DNA of 64,000 nt. It comes from Natranaerovirga hydrolytica. GTDB taxonomy: Bacteria > Bacillota > Clostridia > Lachnospirales > DSM-24629. Below are positions 38,242 through 48,740 of the stretch, one piece after another. The translations under genes were made by a program, and so were the position numbers. The DNA lies in assembly GCF_004339095.1 (NCBI RefSeq), contig NZ_SMGQ01000013.1, forward strand, positions 136,352 to 200,351. Reading direction: 5' to 3'. The notes under the pieces are model-generated. The model did no database searches and was not told where the DNA came from. It saw nothing but the letters and a program-made list of their open reading frames with translations. Within the stretch, counting starts at the first letter, position 1. Each line of letters begins with the position of its first letter.

Positions 38242-39738
38242 ATGAAAAAAGATATTCAATACGTTACAATTGACGGAAGAGGAGAACATGAATCTTTTAA
38301 AGAATGTGTGACGAAAGCATTAAAAGAATTAAAGCCAAATGAAGGATTGCATGTTATTAAAGACTTTGAACCCTTTCCATTGTATAAGATGATGGAAAAT
38401 AAAGGATTTGAAAAATCAGTTGAGAAAGTAAGTGAAGAGGAGTACCATGTTTATTTTTCACCTGTGCCAGTAGATGAAGTCAACAATATAAAAATGAGCG
38501 AGAATCTTAACCTAGACCAAACAAAACTAAAAAACATACTGGATATAAAAGTAAGTTATTTAAAAGGTCATCTATCACTAGATGAAGCCAAAGCAAAATT
38601 AAATCAATCTGTGGACAAAGTAACGGCTCAAGAATTTGCAATATGCGAACAATATATTCAACAATATGGCATTACCGATGAAGAATTAACCAATAGAATG
38701 GATGAAATTTTAGAGATATTTGCTGATGTTTTAGTAACTAATTCGTTAGACCTTCCGTTAGGTCATCCCATTCGTACTTATTTAGAAGAAGTTAAAGCCA
38801 TTCGAAAAGTGTTAAAAGATATAGAAAGCATGAAGTATAAAAAGTTTATTAAAAACCAATGGGTTGAACTTTATGATCAACTAAGTGCAATCAATATTCA
38901 TTTTGCAAGAAAACAAAACCAACTTTTCCCAGCATTAGAAGATAAAGGATTTGATAAACCTTCAAAAATTATGTGGACTTTAGATAACAATATTAAAGAT
39001 ATTGTTAAGAAAGCAATGTATTGTTTGGCATCAGATGAAGAGCAAAAGTTTTTAAATCTACAAGATGAAGTCATAGAAATGGTAGAAGATATGATGGTGA
39101 AAGAAGAAGAAATATTATATCCAACGGCTATGGACCTTATTTCAGATGAAGAATTTGTTAAGATTCGAAAAGGTGATGATGAAATTGGCTACTGTTTAAT
39201 TGACACACCGCCATTATACGGTAGTGAGAAGGAAGAAACGACGGTTAGTCATAATAAAGACTTAATGAAAGACTTACAAAGTTTATTGAAAAAACATGGT
39301 GTTTTAGAAAGCACCAGTACAGAAAATATTTTAGACGTTAGTCAGGGTAAATTAACTTTAGAACAGATTAATTTAATTTTTAAACATTTAAAAGTTGATT
39401 TATCTTATGTAGATGAAGAAGAAATAGTGAAATTTTATAGCGATACAAAGCATAGAGTTTTTCCAAGAAGCCCAGGTGTCATTGGAAGAAAAGTACAAAA
39501 TTGCCATCCAAAAGAAAGTGTTCATACAGTAGAAGAAATTATAAAGGCTTTTAAATCAGGCGAACATGATGAAGCTGAGTTTTGGTTAGAGATGGGTGGA
39601 AAGTTCATTTATATCATTTACACAGCTGTACGTGATGAAAAAGGCAATTTTAAAGGCGTATTAGAAATGATGCAAGATGTCACTAGAATTAGGAGTTTAG
39701 AAGGTAATCAAAGGCTGTTATCTTGGGGTAACAAGTAA
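38242..39738 (+). CDS. DUF438-like protein (hemerythrin-like/PAS architecture, putative)
   Basis: About 498 aa. The family call rests on overall composition and length and is tentative. Confidence 0.35.
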   Translation: MKKDIQYVTIDGRGEHESFKECVTKALKELKPNEGLHVIKDFEPFPLYKMMENKGFEKSVEKVSEEEYHVYFSPVPVDEVNNIKMSENLNLDQTKLKNILDIKVSYLKGHLSLDEAKAKLNQSVDKVTAQEFAICEQYIQQYGITDEELTNRMDEILEIFADVLVTNSLDLPLGHPIRTYLEEVKAIRKVLKDIESMKYKKFIKNQWVELYDQLSAINIHFARKQNQLFPALEDKGFDKPSKIMWTLDNNIKDIVKKAMYCLASDEEQKFLNLQDEVIEMVEDMMVKEEEILYPTAMDLISDEEFVKIRKGDDEIGYCLIDTPPLYGSEKEETTVSHNKDLMKDLQSLLKKHGVLESTSTENILDVSQGKLTLEQINLIFKHLKVDLSYVDEEEIVKFYSDTKHRVFPRSPGVIGRKVQNCHPKESVHTVEEIIKAFKSGEHDEAEFWLEMGGKFIYIIYTAVRDEKGNFKGVLEMMQDVTRIRSLEGNQRLLSWGNK

Positions 39739-39804
39739 TCATTAGGTTTATTTATTGATTCATTTACAAGCTATTAATGAAAATTAAAAATTATTTTTTA
39801 GTAC

Positions 39805-39858
39805 AAGGGACATATGATTTTTTGAAATACATTTATCAAATCATAGTCCCTTTTTATT
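39805..39858 (+). terminator. rho-independent terminator
   Basis: GGGACATATGATTT...AAATCATAGTCCC stem followed by TTTTTATTT. Confidence 0.55.
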
Positions 39859-39997
39859 TGTTTATAGAAGATGAAATGTTATAATGTTATTAGAAGAGTA
39901 TTCTAGATGATTTTAAGGTATGCATGTTATAATATTCTTATATAGTGGGAACTAAAGCAATAAAAATATCGTATAAATAATAAAAGGAGGTCATACA

Positions 39998-40957
39998 ATG
40001 ATCAATAAAAAAATAATAGCAGTGGTGACTTTGTTAATGCTTATGTTTGTATTTGTAGGTTGTGATGAGATTGAAAATAGGGATACTTCTAATAATAACT
40101 TAGAGGAAGAATCGCCAAATGATTCCATTATAGATGAGGAAGAAAACGATAATGATGAAGAAGAAATCATGTTAAACTTTGATTTGATGGTACAAGAAAA
40201 TGAGGAACTAATAGAAATCATAGAGTATGTAGATGAAAATATTTCTGATGTATCAAAAGAAAATGCTTCTTTTATGATTGAAGAACTTGAAGCTCTACAA
40301 AAAAATGAATTGACGTTATTAGAAAATGAATTTTACACAGACATGGCTATTCAAAGCAATTTAATGGAAGTATTTCAAGAAACATTAGATATAGAAGCAT
40401 TAAATGAATCAGAAGATGAAAATATACAGCCCATATTAGAAGCCTTGCATCAAAAAGGGTTTAAAGTGGAAATTGCAGAAGGTGTTTTTTATCCTATGAT
40501 GGATTATAATTTTTACAATCCGTACAGTGATTATGTAACAGAGGATATAAAAAATTATATTGAAATAATGGTGATAGAAAGCAATCAAGTCCCTGCTAAA
40601 GATGCAGCTTTGATGATTGAATGGGAAGAAGTGATTAATAGAGCGTTAGAGATGGAAGCTTTTATTAATCAATATAAAGATTCCAATAGAATACAAGAGG
40701 TTGAAGCATTATATAACAGATATGTGTACTTTTTATTATTTGGATTAGACAACACACCATTATTTGATTATAGTAATAATGATATGATAGAAGAAGTTCA
40801 ACAGGTCTATCATACTGCAATAGAAACTCAAGAATCAAGTGCTTTATTAGATTTGTTAGAAGACTATTTAGAAGTTATAGAGCAAAACAATAATCAATTA
40901 ACAGATGAAGTGGTGGCCTATCGAAACGATGTTTATGAAAATATGACTCAAAGATAA
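39998..40957 (+). CDS. highly acidic lipoprotein
   Basis: Lipobox FVGC. Glu/Asp-rich. Confidence 0.45.
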   Translation: MINKKIIAVVTLLMLMFVFVGCDEIENRDTSNNNLEEESPNDSIIDEEENDNDEEEIMLNFDLMVQENEELIEIIEYVDENISDVSKENASFMIEELEALQKNELTLLENEFYTDMAIQSNLMEVFQETLDIEALNESEDENIQPILEALHQKGFKVEIAEGVFYPMMDYNFYNPYSDYVTEDIKNYIEIMVIESNQVPAKDAALMIEWEEVINRALEMEAFINQYKDSNRIQEVEALYNRYVYFLLFGLDNTPLFDYSNNDMIEEVQQVYHTAIETQESSALLDLLEDYLEVIEQNNNQLTDEVVAYRNDVYENMTQR

Positions 40958-40989
40958 ATAATCATATTACAAGGTTAACCATATAAAGG

Positions 40990-41028
40990 ACAATGTTACT
41001 GACTTTCAAGTAGCATTGTCCTTTTACA
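40990..41028. terminator. bidirectional terminator
   Basis: GGACAATG...CATTGTCC stem followed by TTTT. Confidence 0.55.
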
Positions 41029-41040
41029 AAGAAGTATCAA

Positions 41041-42225
41041 TTAAAAAATGTCAATGCAGCGATTCAATATGCCATTAAGATAAGCTAATGTCACCCCATA
41101 ATTTGTAATGGGAACCCCTAATGCTTTGCATTGATTGATTCGTGAGATCATTGTTTTTTTATTAAGCATACAAGACCCACAATGGATAATTAAATCATAA
41201 TGTTTAATGTCCTCAGGAAAATCGTGTCCCATTTTAAAGTCGTAAGTTAATGACTTACCAGTATATTGATTAAGAAGGTGAGGAATTTTAACCCGTCCAA
41301 TATCTTCGTGAGAATGATTATGTGTACAGCTTTCTGAAATTAATATTCTGGAATGTTCCGTTAGTTTATTAATGGTATTAACCCCTTCTACAAAAGTTTT
41401 TAAATCTCCTTTATATCTTGCAAAAACAATAGAAAAGCTGGTTAATGGAATAGATGTAGGAACCAATTGATTAACCTTTTTAAAGGCTTGAGAATCTGTA
41501 ACGACTAAATCAACATCATCTAGGTCTTCTAAGGCAGTTTGAAGTTCCGTATCACGAACCACATAACTTTTGATACCGTGATCTAGACAATCTCTAATCA
41601 ACTGAACTTGTGGTAAAATAATTCTGCCCTTTGGAGCCTCTGAGTCAATAGGAACAACTAAAATGACTTTTCCATTATAAGGAATGATGTCACCGATAAT
41701 CGGAGGATCTTCTTCAGTATCCTGAAGTTTCTTAATCAAGTGGTCTTTTAAATTCAAAATGTCTTGTGCATTTGTTGTAGAGATGTAGATGGCTTCTTTA
41801 AATGTTTTTTTGGCTTCATTTAGTATAGCTTCTGAGGCTGTATCACATTTGTTAATAACGGTTACATAAGGAATATTATGTTTCTTGAACGTGTTAAGGG
41901 TTGCGTTGTAATGCGCCAAATCTCTGTCGTGTATATCTAAGACATACAATGCAAAATCTGTACGCTGAAGCATTTGTAGACTTTTTTGGACTCTTAGTTC
42001 ACCAAGCTGACTGGAATCATCAAGACCCGCCGTATCTAAGAAAATAACAGGACCATAAGGTAGTAATTCCATAGGTTTTGAAACGGGATCAGTAGTGGTA
42101 CCTTTAATATCAGAGATAATCGAGATATCTTGACCAATAATGGCATTAAAAAGAGATGATTTACCAGAATTGGTTTTACCATAAATTGCAATATGGGTTC
42201 GATTTGAACTGGGTGTTGTATTCAT
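41041..42225 (-). CDS. hydF: [FeFe]-hydrogenase H-cluster maturation GTPase HydF
   Basis: N-terminal GTPase motifs (GKTNSGKSSL, DTAG, NKCD). C-terminal cluster-binding domain with CxH...HC. Confidence 0.8.
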   Translation of the reverse strand: MNTTPSSNRTHIAIYGKTNSGKSSLFNAIIGQDISIISDIKGTTTDPVSKPMELLPYGPVIFLDTAGLDDSSQLGELRVQKSLQMLQRTDFALYVLDIHDRDLAHYNATLNTFKKHNIPYVTVINKCDTASEAILNEAKKTFKEAIYISTTNAQDILNLKDHLIKKLQDTEEDPPIIGDIIPYNGKVILVVPIDSEAPKGRIILPQVQLIRDCLDHGIKSYVVRDTELQTALEDLDDVDLVVTDSQAFKKVNQLVPTSIPLTSFSIVFARYKGDLKTFVEGVNTINKLTEHSRILISESCTHNHSHEDIGRVKIPHLLNQYTGKSLTYDFKMGHDFPEDIKHYDLIIHCGSCMLNKKTMISRINQCKALGVPITNYGVTLAYLNGILNRCIDIF

Positions 42226-42236
42226 CTGAATCCTCC

Positions 42237-43613
42237 TTATAAATAAAGATCTCTTTGACCTTGTTTAAGTTTTTCAAGGTAATTAAGGGTAAGCTTTTTA
42301 ATATCTTCACGTTTGATTTTCTCTACCTCATTATAAATCAAGTCTTTATGAGCAAGATAAAAATCATCATCACCGTAATCCAGTATATATTCCATTAAAG
42401 TAATTAAGGCGTTAGGTTGACACACATTCTGGATTTGTCCAGATTTAGCAAGTCTCATAAATCGGTCTCCCGTTCTGCCTTGTCGATAACATGCAGTGCA
42501 GTAACTAGGAATATGCCCCTCTTTTAGCAGTTCAGAGATAATTTCTATAGGGGGCCTATGATCAGAAACATCAAATTGTCCAATATTTGTTTGGTCTTGA
42601 CTTTCTTTATAGCCACCAACACCGGTACAAGAGCCGGCACTGACTTGAGAAACACCATATTGAATCACTTCTTTCCTCATTTTGGGTGTTTCTCTTGTAG
42701 AAAGAATGATACCTGTATAAGGTAAGGCAATTCGAAGTATGGCTACAATTTTTTTGAATTGTTCATCACTTACAAGATGGGGAAACTGATCTAAAGTCAT
42801 ACCATCGGCTTTTTTTAATCGAGGAACGGAGATGGTATGAAAGCCAACGCCAAAAGTGTTTTCAAGATGTTCGTTATGTAGCATAAGAGACAAGACTTCA
42901 AACTTAGGATCTGCAAGTCCAAAAAGAACACCGCCACCTACATCATCAATCCCTGCTTCCATTGCTCTATCAAAAGCATAAAGGTGGTATGAATAATCCC
43001 CTTTAATGGATTTTGGGTGCATCAATTCATAGGTAGGTTGGTGATACGTCTCTTGGAATAGAATATAAGTCCCAATATTAGCAGATTTAAGCTTTTTATA
43101 ATGATCCACGGAAGTTGCCGCAATGTTAACATTCATTCTTCTAATCTCACCGGTATGATTAACCGTAGAATAGACGGCATCAATGGCATCTAAGATATAG
43201 TCTATATTACAATTAACAGGATCTTCACCTGCCTCAAGCGCCAAACGTTTATGTCCCATTTTCTCTAAGATACTCACTTCTTCTTTAATTTCTTCTAAGC
43301 TAAGCTTTTTCCTAGGAAATGTATTATTATGTTTGTAGCCACAATAAACACAATTATTAACACAGTAGTCACTAATATAAAGCGGTGCAAATATAACGAT
43401 TCGATTGCCGTAAATGGAAGACTTTATTGCGTTAGCCAAATGGTAAATTTCACGAATTTGTTCAGGGTCAGTGGTTTCAAGAAGTATTGCGATTTCTTTT
43501 GAGGTCAGTCCTTTTTTTAACTGAGCTTTTTCAAGGACTTGGTCAATAGCTTCTTTTGAAGCATCTTTTGCTTCATTCAGTACAGTTTGAATATAATTAT
43601 GATTAATAAACAT
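42237..43613 (-). CDS. hydG: [FeFe]-hydrogenase maturase HydG (radical SAM)
   Basis: CVNNCVYCG radical-SAM motif. C-terminal CTACYRQGRTGDRF. Confidence 0.85.
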   Translation of the reverse strand: MFINHNYIQTVLNEAKDASKEAIDQVLEKAQLKKGLTSKEIAILLETTDPEQIREIYHLANAIKSSIYGNRIVIFAPLYISDYCVNNCVYCGYKHNNTFPRKKLSLEEIKEEVSILEKMGHKRLALEAGEDPVNCNIDYILDAIDAVYSTVNHTGEIRRMNVNIAATSVDHYKKLKSANIGTYILFQETYHQPTYELMHPKSIKGDYSYHLYAFDRAMEAGIDDVGGGVLFGLADPKFEVLSLMLHNEHLENTFGVGFHTISVPRLKKADGMTLDQFPHLVSDEQFKKIVAILRIALPYTGIILSTRETPKMRKEVIQYGVSQVSAGSCTGVGGYKESQDQTNIGQFDVSDHRPPIEIISELLKEGHIPSYCTACYRQGRTGDRFMRLAKSGQIQNVCQPNALITLMEYILDYGDDDFYLAHKDLIYNEVEKIKREDIKKLTLNYLEKLKQGQRDLYL

Positions 43614-44659
43614 TATGAATTCCTCCAATTTTTATGATCGCCTCGTGACATATTGACTTTAAAACCAGCATGGGTAATGCGTCTTTCGATACATTGACGA
43701 CATTCTGCAGCCTCATCTCCGGTACAGATTTTGCCATCATATAGTGCGTATTTTTCTCTAACATTTGTCGGTGATAAATTAGGCATAACCACATTGGCAC
43801 CTGCTTTAATACCCTGTTCTCTGCCATATGGATTAATACTGCCTAATGCAGTGGTTGCAGGAAGTAATACATTAGGTAAAAGTAATCGAATAATGGCTAA
43901 AAGGGTTATGGTTTTATTAAGAGTTCCAGTGCTAGAGCCATTTAAAGGTGTGTTGTGTTGGGGGATAAAAGGTCCAATTCCAATCATATGGGGCTCAAAT
44001 TCCTTTAAAAAGATTAGGTCTTTGACGTAATCCTCATCCCTTTGATTTGGAAGACCAACCATAAACCCAGCGCCTACTTGATAACCTATGTCTTTTAAAT
44101 TCTCCAAACAGTTCATTCGATGCTCAAAAGACATTGTAGGATGGAGTGTTTCATATAAAGATTGAGAAGCTGTTTCATGACGTAAAAGATAGCGATCTGC
44201 TCCAGCATCATAATAGTCTTTATAAGAAGCGTAACTTTTTTCGCCAAGAGATAAAGTAAGAGCACAGTCGGGATAAAGTTCTTTAATACTGGTAATCAAA
44301 TGGATCATAATATCATCAGTAAAAAAAGAATCCTCGCCACCTTGAAGGACAAACGTACGATACCCTAGTTTATGTCCAAGAGCACAACAGGCTAAGATGG
44401 TTTCTTTTGTTAATCGATAGCGCTCTATATGGGTATTACTGGCCCTCAGTCCACAATAAAGACAGTTCTGCTTGCAATAATTCGTAAATTCAATTAACCC
44501 GCGCATAAAAACATCGGTACCAAGAGTAGAGAGACGTGTTTGATTTGCGTATTGAATTAATAAGGCGTTGGAATCATCATCTAAATGCTGTAACAAATAT
44601 AAAAGTTCTTCTTCCGTTAGATTGTTTTGTGAATAAAGTTTTTTAATCAATGACTGCAT
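43613..44659 (-). CDS. hydE: [FeFe]-hydrogenase maturase HydE (radical SAM)
   Basis: CKQNCLYCGLRASN motif. Stop overlaps the hydG start (TAATG). Confidence 0.85.
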   Translation of the reverse strand: MQSLIKKLYSQNNLTEEELLYLLQHLDDDSNALLIQYANQTRLSTLGTDVFMRGLIEFTNYCKQNCLYCGLRASNTHIERYRLTKETILACCALGHKLGYRTFVLQGGEDSFFTDDIMIHLITSIKELYPDCALTLSLGEKSYASYKDYYDAGADRYLLRHETASQSLYETLHPTMSFEHRMNCLENLKDIGYQVGAGFMVGLPNQRDEDYVKDLIFLKEFEPHMIGIGPFIPQHNTPLNGSSTGTLNKTITLLAIIRLLLPNVLLPATTALGSINPYGREQGIKAGANVVMPNLSPTNVREKYALYDGKICTGDEAAECRQCIERRITHAGFKVNMSRGDHKNWRNS

Positions 44660-44660
44660 A

Positions 44661-44912
44661 TTAAACCTCTTTCTTAGAAATAGCTGTTTTAATAAGGACA
44701 TGGGGGATATTACCTAATTTTCCAGTAAAACTATTGATTTCATCTAAAGTCCCTACAACAGTAATGCAAATAATAGCAATGCCTTCTTCATTAAAAGGAA
44801 TCCCCATCCGTCCTTTTATAATCCCGCCAAAAGAAGAAACCACTTCGTTGAATTTATTCTGACAGTGCTTAGGCTCTTCTAAAATGGCACTTATGACTGC
44901 GATTTTTTTCAC
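44661..44912 (-). CDS. TM1266-like ACT-domain regulator of the iron-only hydrogenase system (GTG start)
   Basis: 83 aa, VKKIAVISAILEEP.... RBS AGGAGGG. Stop abuts the hydE start. Confidence 0.5.
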   Translation of the reverse strand: MKKIAVISAILEEPKHCQNKFNEVVSSFGGIIKGRMGIPFNEEGIAIICITVVGTLDEINSFTGKLGNIPHVLIKTAISKKEV

Positions 44913-45275
44913 ATTATCCCTCCTTAAACATAAAAAACTTTCCATGGTAGGAAAGTTTTAGGTATCAAAAATAAATCCGAAAATGACGGACAAAACCTAT
45001 GTAAAACTTCCTTCCAGATTAGAGCAATACTTTTCTGTTAGGTGTCTATAATAATGAAACAAATACATTAAGAAGATTCTCAAATACATTTGAATACTTG
45101 TTAATATTTTATCAATTATATCAGAGAAAGTCAAATGAAATGAATGTATTATAAAAAGTAATTGTAAGTGGTTACTATATAAGAGAGCAGAAGCGCTAGA
45201 ATTTGACAGAAAGAGAGGTTTAAGCTATAATAATCATAAATGACTGACGGTCAGTCATTATAAAGGTGGTTTGAT

Positions 45276-45854
45276 ATGAAAGAAAAAATAGACAAGCGTC
45301 AGAAGATTATTATGGCAGCAGTAGATGTGATTCAAGAAAAAGGTTTTGAAAAAACATCAATATCTGAGATTGCTAAAAGAGCAGATGTGGCAAAAGGAAC
45401 ATTTTATATATACTTTGAATCTAAAAATCATTTAACCATAAGCATTGCACAAATGATTTTAGATGATCAATTGAATCGATTAAAAAGGACTCCGAGCCAA
45501 ACCCTTCAATCAGTAGAAGGTTTAATTCATACTTTAATAGAAGTGACTTACACAATAACAAAAGCATACAAAGAACTCATTAATTTTTGTTATGCCAAAT
45601 TGGCATATTATGAATCATTAGATCAATGGGAAAAAATTTATGAGCCTTATTATTTATGGTTAGAAGACAAATTATCTTACTTAAGAGACGTTGGCGCATT
45701 ACAGAAAGATGCCGATCTTTCTTACTTAGCCAATTTTACAGTAGGCATATTAGAGCATAGTGCAGAGTCCTATTATTTGTTTTGTGCTGAAGAAAAATTA
45801 GAACAATCAAAACTAGAACTAAAAAAATTCTTAACAAAAGTATTGTTAAAGTGA
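45276..45854 (+). CDS. TetR-family transcriptional regulator
   Basis: N-terminal HTH (GFEKTSISEIAKRADVAKGTFYIYF). Confidence 0.75.
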   Translation: MKEKIDKRQKIIMAAVDVIQEKGFEKTSISEIAKRADVAKGTFYIYFESKNHLTISIAQMILDDQLNRLKRTPSQTLQSVEGLIHTLIEVTYTITKAYKELINFCYAKLAYYESLDQWEKIYEPYYLWLEDKLSYLRDVGALQKDADLSYLANFTVGILEHSAESYYLFCAEEKLEQSKLELKKFLTKVLLK

Positions 45855-45864
45855 GGTCATAAGA

Positions 45865-46782
45865 ATGATACACTCGGAAAAAAGACAAAAGAAATTATTA
45901 ATATTTTCCTTATACGGAGCAGTTGGATTTGCCATAGTGGGCATTATTTTAGGCGTTATAATTGATTCTCAAATGATTTTATTTGATGGTTTGTATTCTC
46001 TTATTAGTGTGGGCTTATCAGGCATGTCATTATATGCTACATCATTTATGTATAAAAATGATTGGAAACGATACCCATTTGGGAAAACCATTGTAGAACC
46101 TTTGGTTATTATCATCAAATATATGATTATTTTATTCTTAGTAATGGGTTCTTTAATATCTGCCGTTGTCACTCTATTTCAAGGGGGAAGAGTCATTGTA
46201 ATCGAAACAGCCGTTTTGTATTCTGTAGTAGGCACAGTGGTTTGCTATGGATTTTACTATTATATTAATAAATTTTCAAAAAAGAATGGCTCAGGTATTA
46301 CGCAAGCAGAAGCCAATCAATGGCTAATGGATACCTTAGTGAGTTTAGGGGTATTGGTTGGTTTTCTAATCGCTTTTATATTACAGGGTTTATCAAAATT
46401 TGAAACAATTATTCCTTTTATTGATCCAATAATGGTTATAGTAATAGCCATATATTTTATTAAAGTACCTGTAAAAGAGATACGTTTGGCTTTAAGAGAG
46501 TTATTAAAAATGTCTCCAGAAGGTAAATTGAGCAAGAGCATAAATGGTATTGTCGGCACCATTGAAAAAAAATATTTTTTTCAAGAATCCTTTTTAAGGG
46601 TATCCAAAAGTCAAAAAATGTTATGGATTGAAATAGATTTTGTGGTTCAAAAAGAATCTAGAATTCAAACCATAAAAGACCAAGATACCATTAGAGAAGA
46701 GATTAACAAAGAAATTAATAAACTAGGTTATGATCAATGGCTAACAGTTTCCTTTACCAATGATAGGAAATGGGCTTTATAA
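45865..46782 (+). CDS. cation diffusion facilitator (CDF) transporter
   Basis: 6 TM helices with a C-terminal cytoplasmic domain. Confidence 0.55.
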   Translation: MIHSEKRQKKLLIFSLYGAVGFAIVGIILGVIIDSQMILFDGLYSLISVGLSGMSLYATSFMYKNDWKRYPFGKTIVEPLVIIIKYMIILFLVMGSLISAVVTLFQGGRVIVIETAVLYSVVGTVVCYGFYYYINKFSKKNGSGITQAEANQWLMDTLVSLGVLVGFLIAFILQGLSKFETIIPFIDPIMVIVIAIYFIKVPVKEIRLALRELLKMSPEGKLSKSINGIVGTIEKKYFFQESFLRVSKSQKMLWIEIDFVVQKESRIQTIKDQDTIREEINKEINKLGYDQWLTVSFTNDRKWAL

Positions 46783-46972
46783 TATAAAGTTTTTTGATAT
46801 GCAATTTTTAAGGTTGGTAACGGTTATTTCTTTGGTTCCTAGCCTCATATATTTGTTTGTATAATTTTTATATTTCATTATGTGACATTATGTGATATAA
46901 TTTTTAACTGTGATTTGGTAAATTGGTAAACGGTTAGCAAGTCAAACAAATAATACTTTAGGAGGAGAAGTT

Positions 46973-48283
46973 ATGACGTTAAATCCAGTGGTTATTTCCG
47001 TTATTGTTATGATTGTATTATGTCTGTTTAAGTTGAATGTAATCCTTTCATTAATTATTGCCGCTTTAGTAGGAGGTACTTTAGCAGGATTTCCCCTTGA
47101 TGAAACAATGGGTATTCTAATTGAAGGAATGAGTGGCAATGCAAGTACAGCATTAAGTTATATTTTATTGGGGATGTTGGCTGCAGCGATTCATAAATCA
47201 GGAGTTGCAAGAGTTTTGACAAAAAGTATAGGTAGATGGATAGCAGGAAAAGGTGTGGTTTTAGTTATTATACTTGCAGTCATTAGTAGTTTGTCACAAA
47301 ATTTGATTCCAGTTCATATTGCATTTATACCAATCTTAATTCCACCATTAATTGCAGTAATGAATAAGTTGAAAATAGACAGAAGAGCTGTTGCTACTTC
47401 TTTGACATTTGGTTTAAAAGCACCTTATGTAGCCTTACCATTTGGATATGGTTGGATCTTTCATGGATTAATCAGTGAACATATGACAAGAAATGGTATG
47501 GAAATTGCTCAAGGCGATGTATGGCGTTCTATGTGGATTGCTGGGTTTGCCATGTTTGTAGGTTTGTTGGTTGCTATTTTTATTACATATAGAAAACCTA
47601 GAGATTATGAAGCAATAGATATTGTTGATGATTCAAATATAACAAGTTTTGAAGATGAAAGAATTACAAGAAGACAATTTGTTGCTTTAATTGGTGCAGT
47701 AGCAGCTTTTGGAGTACAATTGTCTCCTTTAGAATCTTTACACATTGGCGCTTTAGTAGGTATTGCAATAATGGTTGTAGGTGGCGCCATTAAGTGGAGT
47801 GATATTGATGAAATGGTTAACAATGGTATTGGCATGATGGGATATATCGCATTTGTTATGTTGGTCGCTGCGGGTTATGCAGAAGTACTTGATACAACAG
47901 GTGGTGTTCATACTTTAGTAGAAACCATTACGGGTGTAATAGGTCAAAATCAACTTATAGCAGCTACCATAATGATTTTAATTGGTCTAGTCATTACAAT
48001 GGGAATCGGTACTTCGTTTGGTACCATCTCTATTATAGCTGTTTTATATGTCCCTTTAGCAACGGCAGTAGGTTTTAGTCCAATGGCTACCGTTTTATTA
48101 ATTGGTACAGCAGCAGCCCTAGGAGACGCAGGTTCGCCAGCATCGGATAGTACGTTAGGACCTACTGCTGGATTAAATGTAGATGGTCAGCATGATCATA
48201 TTTGGGATACTTGTGTACCTACGTTCTTGCATTATAATATACCATTAATTATTTTTGGAATCATTGGTGCAATTATGTTGTAA
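46973..48283 (+). CDS. GntP/NhaC-type anion/cation permease
   Basis: 436 aa with about 12 TM helices. Confidence 0.45.
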   Translation: MTLNPVVISVIVMIVLCLFKLNVILSLIIAALVGGTLAGFPLDETMGILIEGMSGNASTALSYILLGMLAAAIHKSGVARVLTKSIGRWIAGKGVVLVIILAVISSLSQNLIPVHIAFIPILIPPLIAVMNKLKIDRRAVATSLTFGLKAPYVALPFGYGWIFHGLISEHMTRNGMEIAQGDVWRSMWIAGFAMFVGLLVAIFITYRKPRDYEAIDIVDDSNITSFEDERITRRQFVALIGAVAAFGVQLSPLESLHIGALVGIAIMVVGGAIKWSDIDEMVNNGIGMMGYIAFVMLVAAGYAEVLDTTGGVHTLVETITGVIGQNQLIAATIMILIGLVITMGIGTSFGTISIIAVLYVPLATAVGFSPMATVLLIGTAAALGDAGSPASDSTLGPTAGLNVDGQHDHIWDTCVPTFLHYNIPLIIFGIIGAIML

Positions 48284-48315
48284 AAAAATAGTATGATTTT
48301 CAGCGAAACGGGTGT

Positions 48316-48340
48316 CTCTTACGTTAGTAAGAGGCATCAG
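48316..48340. repeat. hairpin family B copy (CTCTTAC-GTTA-GTAAGAG)
   Basis: Perfect 7-8 bp inverted repeat sharing the arm sequence with 36660 and 58587. Confidence 0.5.
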
Positions 48341-48349
48341 TTGAGTTAA

Positions 48350-48404
48350 ATATGAAAGCCCAATCTGCAAACTTGCTAGCAAGGATTTGGAGATTGGGCT
48401 TTTG
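48350..48404 (+). repeat. hairpin family A copy 1: variable stem enclosing conserved loop GCAAACTTGCTAGCAAGGATTTGG, then T-tract
   Basis: Stem GCCCAATCT/AGATTGGGC. Preceded by AATATGAAAG. Followed by TTTTG, so it probably terminates the permease gene. Confidence 0.65.
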
Positions 48405-48740
48405 TTGATATGAATCAAGTCTATTTTATGCTCTTTATTATCCTATAATTGGGCTCAGAGAGTAAAGATAGCTTGGTTTTTAAAAAAATAAAAGGCATTT
48501 ACCAACAGAGTCTTTACAGTTAAATTGTATAAATGCTAAAATACTTATGAGAAAACTTTTTTGAAATAATGATGTAGAAAAAATCAGGCCATCAATTGAG
48601 TGAAATTTATTAAAAAAAGATAAGAAGATTTATAACCATAAAAAGGATTTATGTAAAAGAAGAAAGAAAAGGGCCATTAAATCTTTTGATATTAACCTGC
48701 CCCATGTAGCTCCAAACCCAGTAGCTACACAGGTTATCAA

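Noticed and set aside
48353-48409. 18-aa small ORFs running through hairpin family A (MKAQSANLLARIWRLGFC and MKVKSANLLARIWKFNFH).
   Set aside because: Copies 3 and 4 hit a stop after 3 codons or read the motif in a different frame. The conserved unit is the nucleotide loop with covarying stems, which argues for a structural rather than a coding element.
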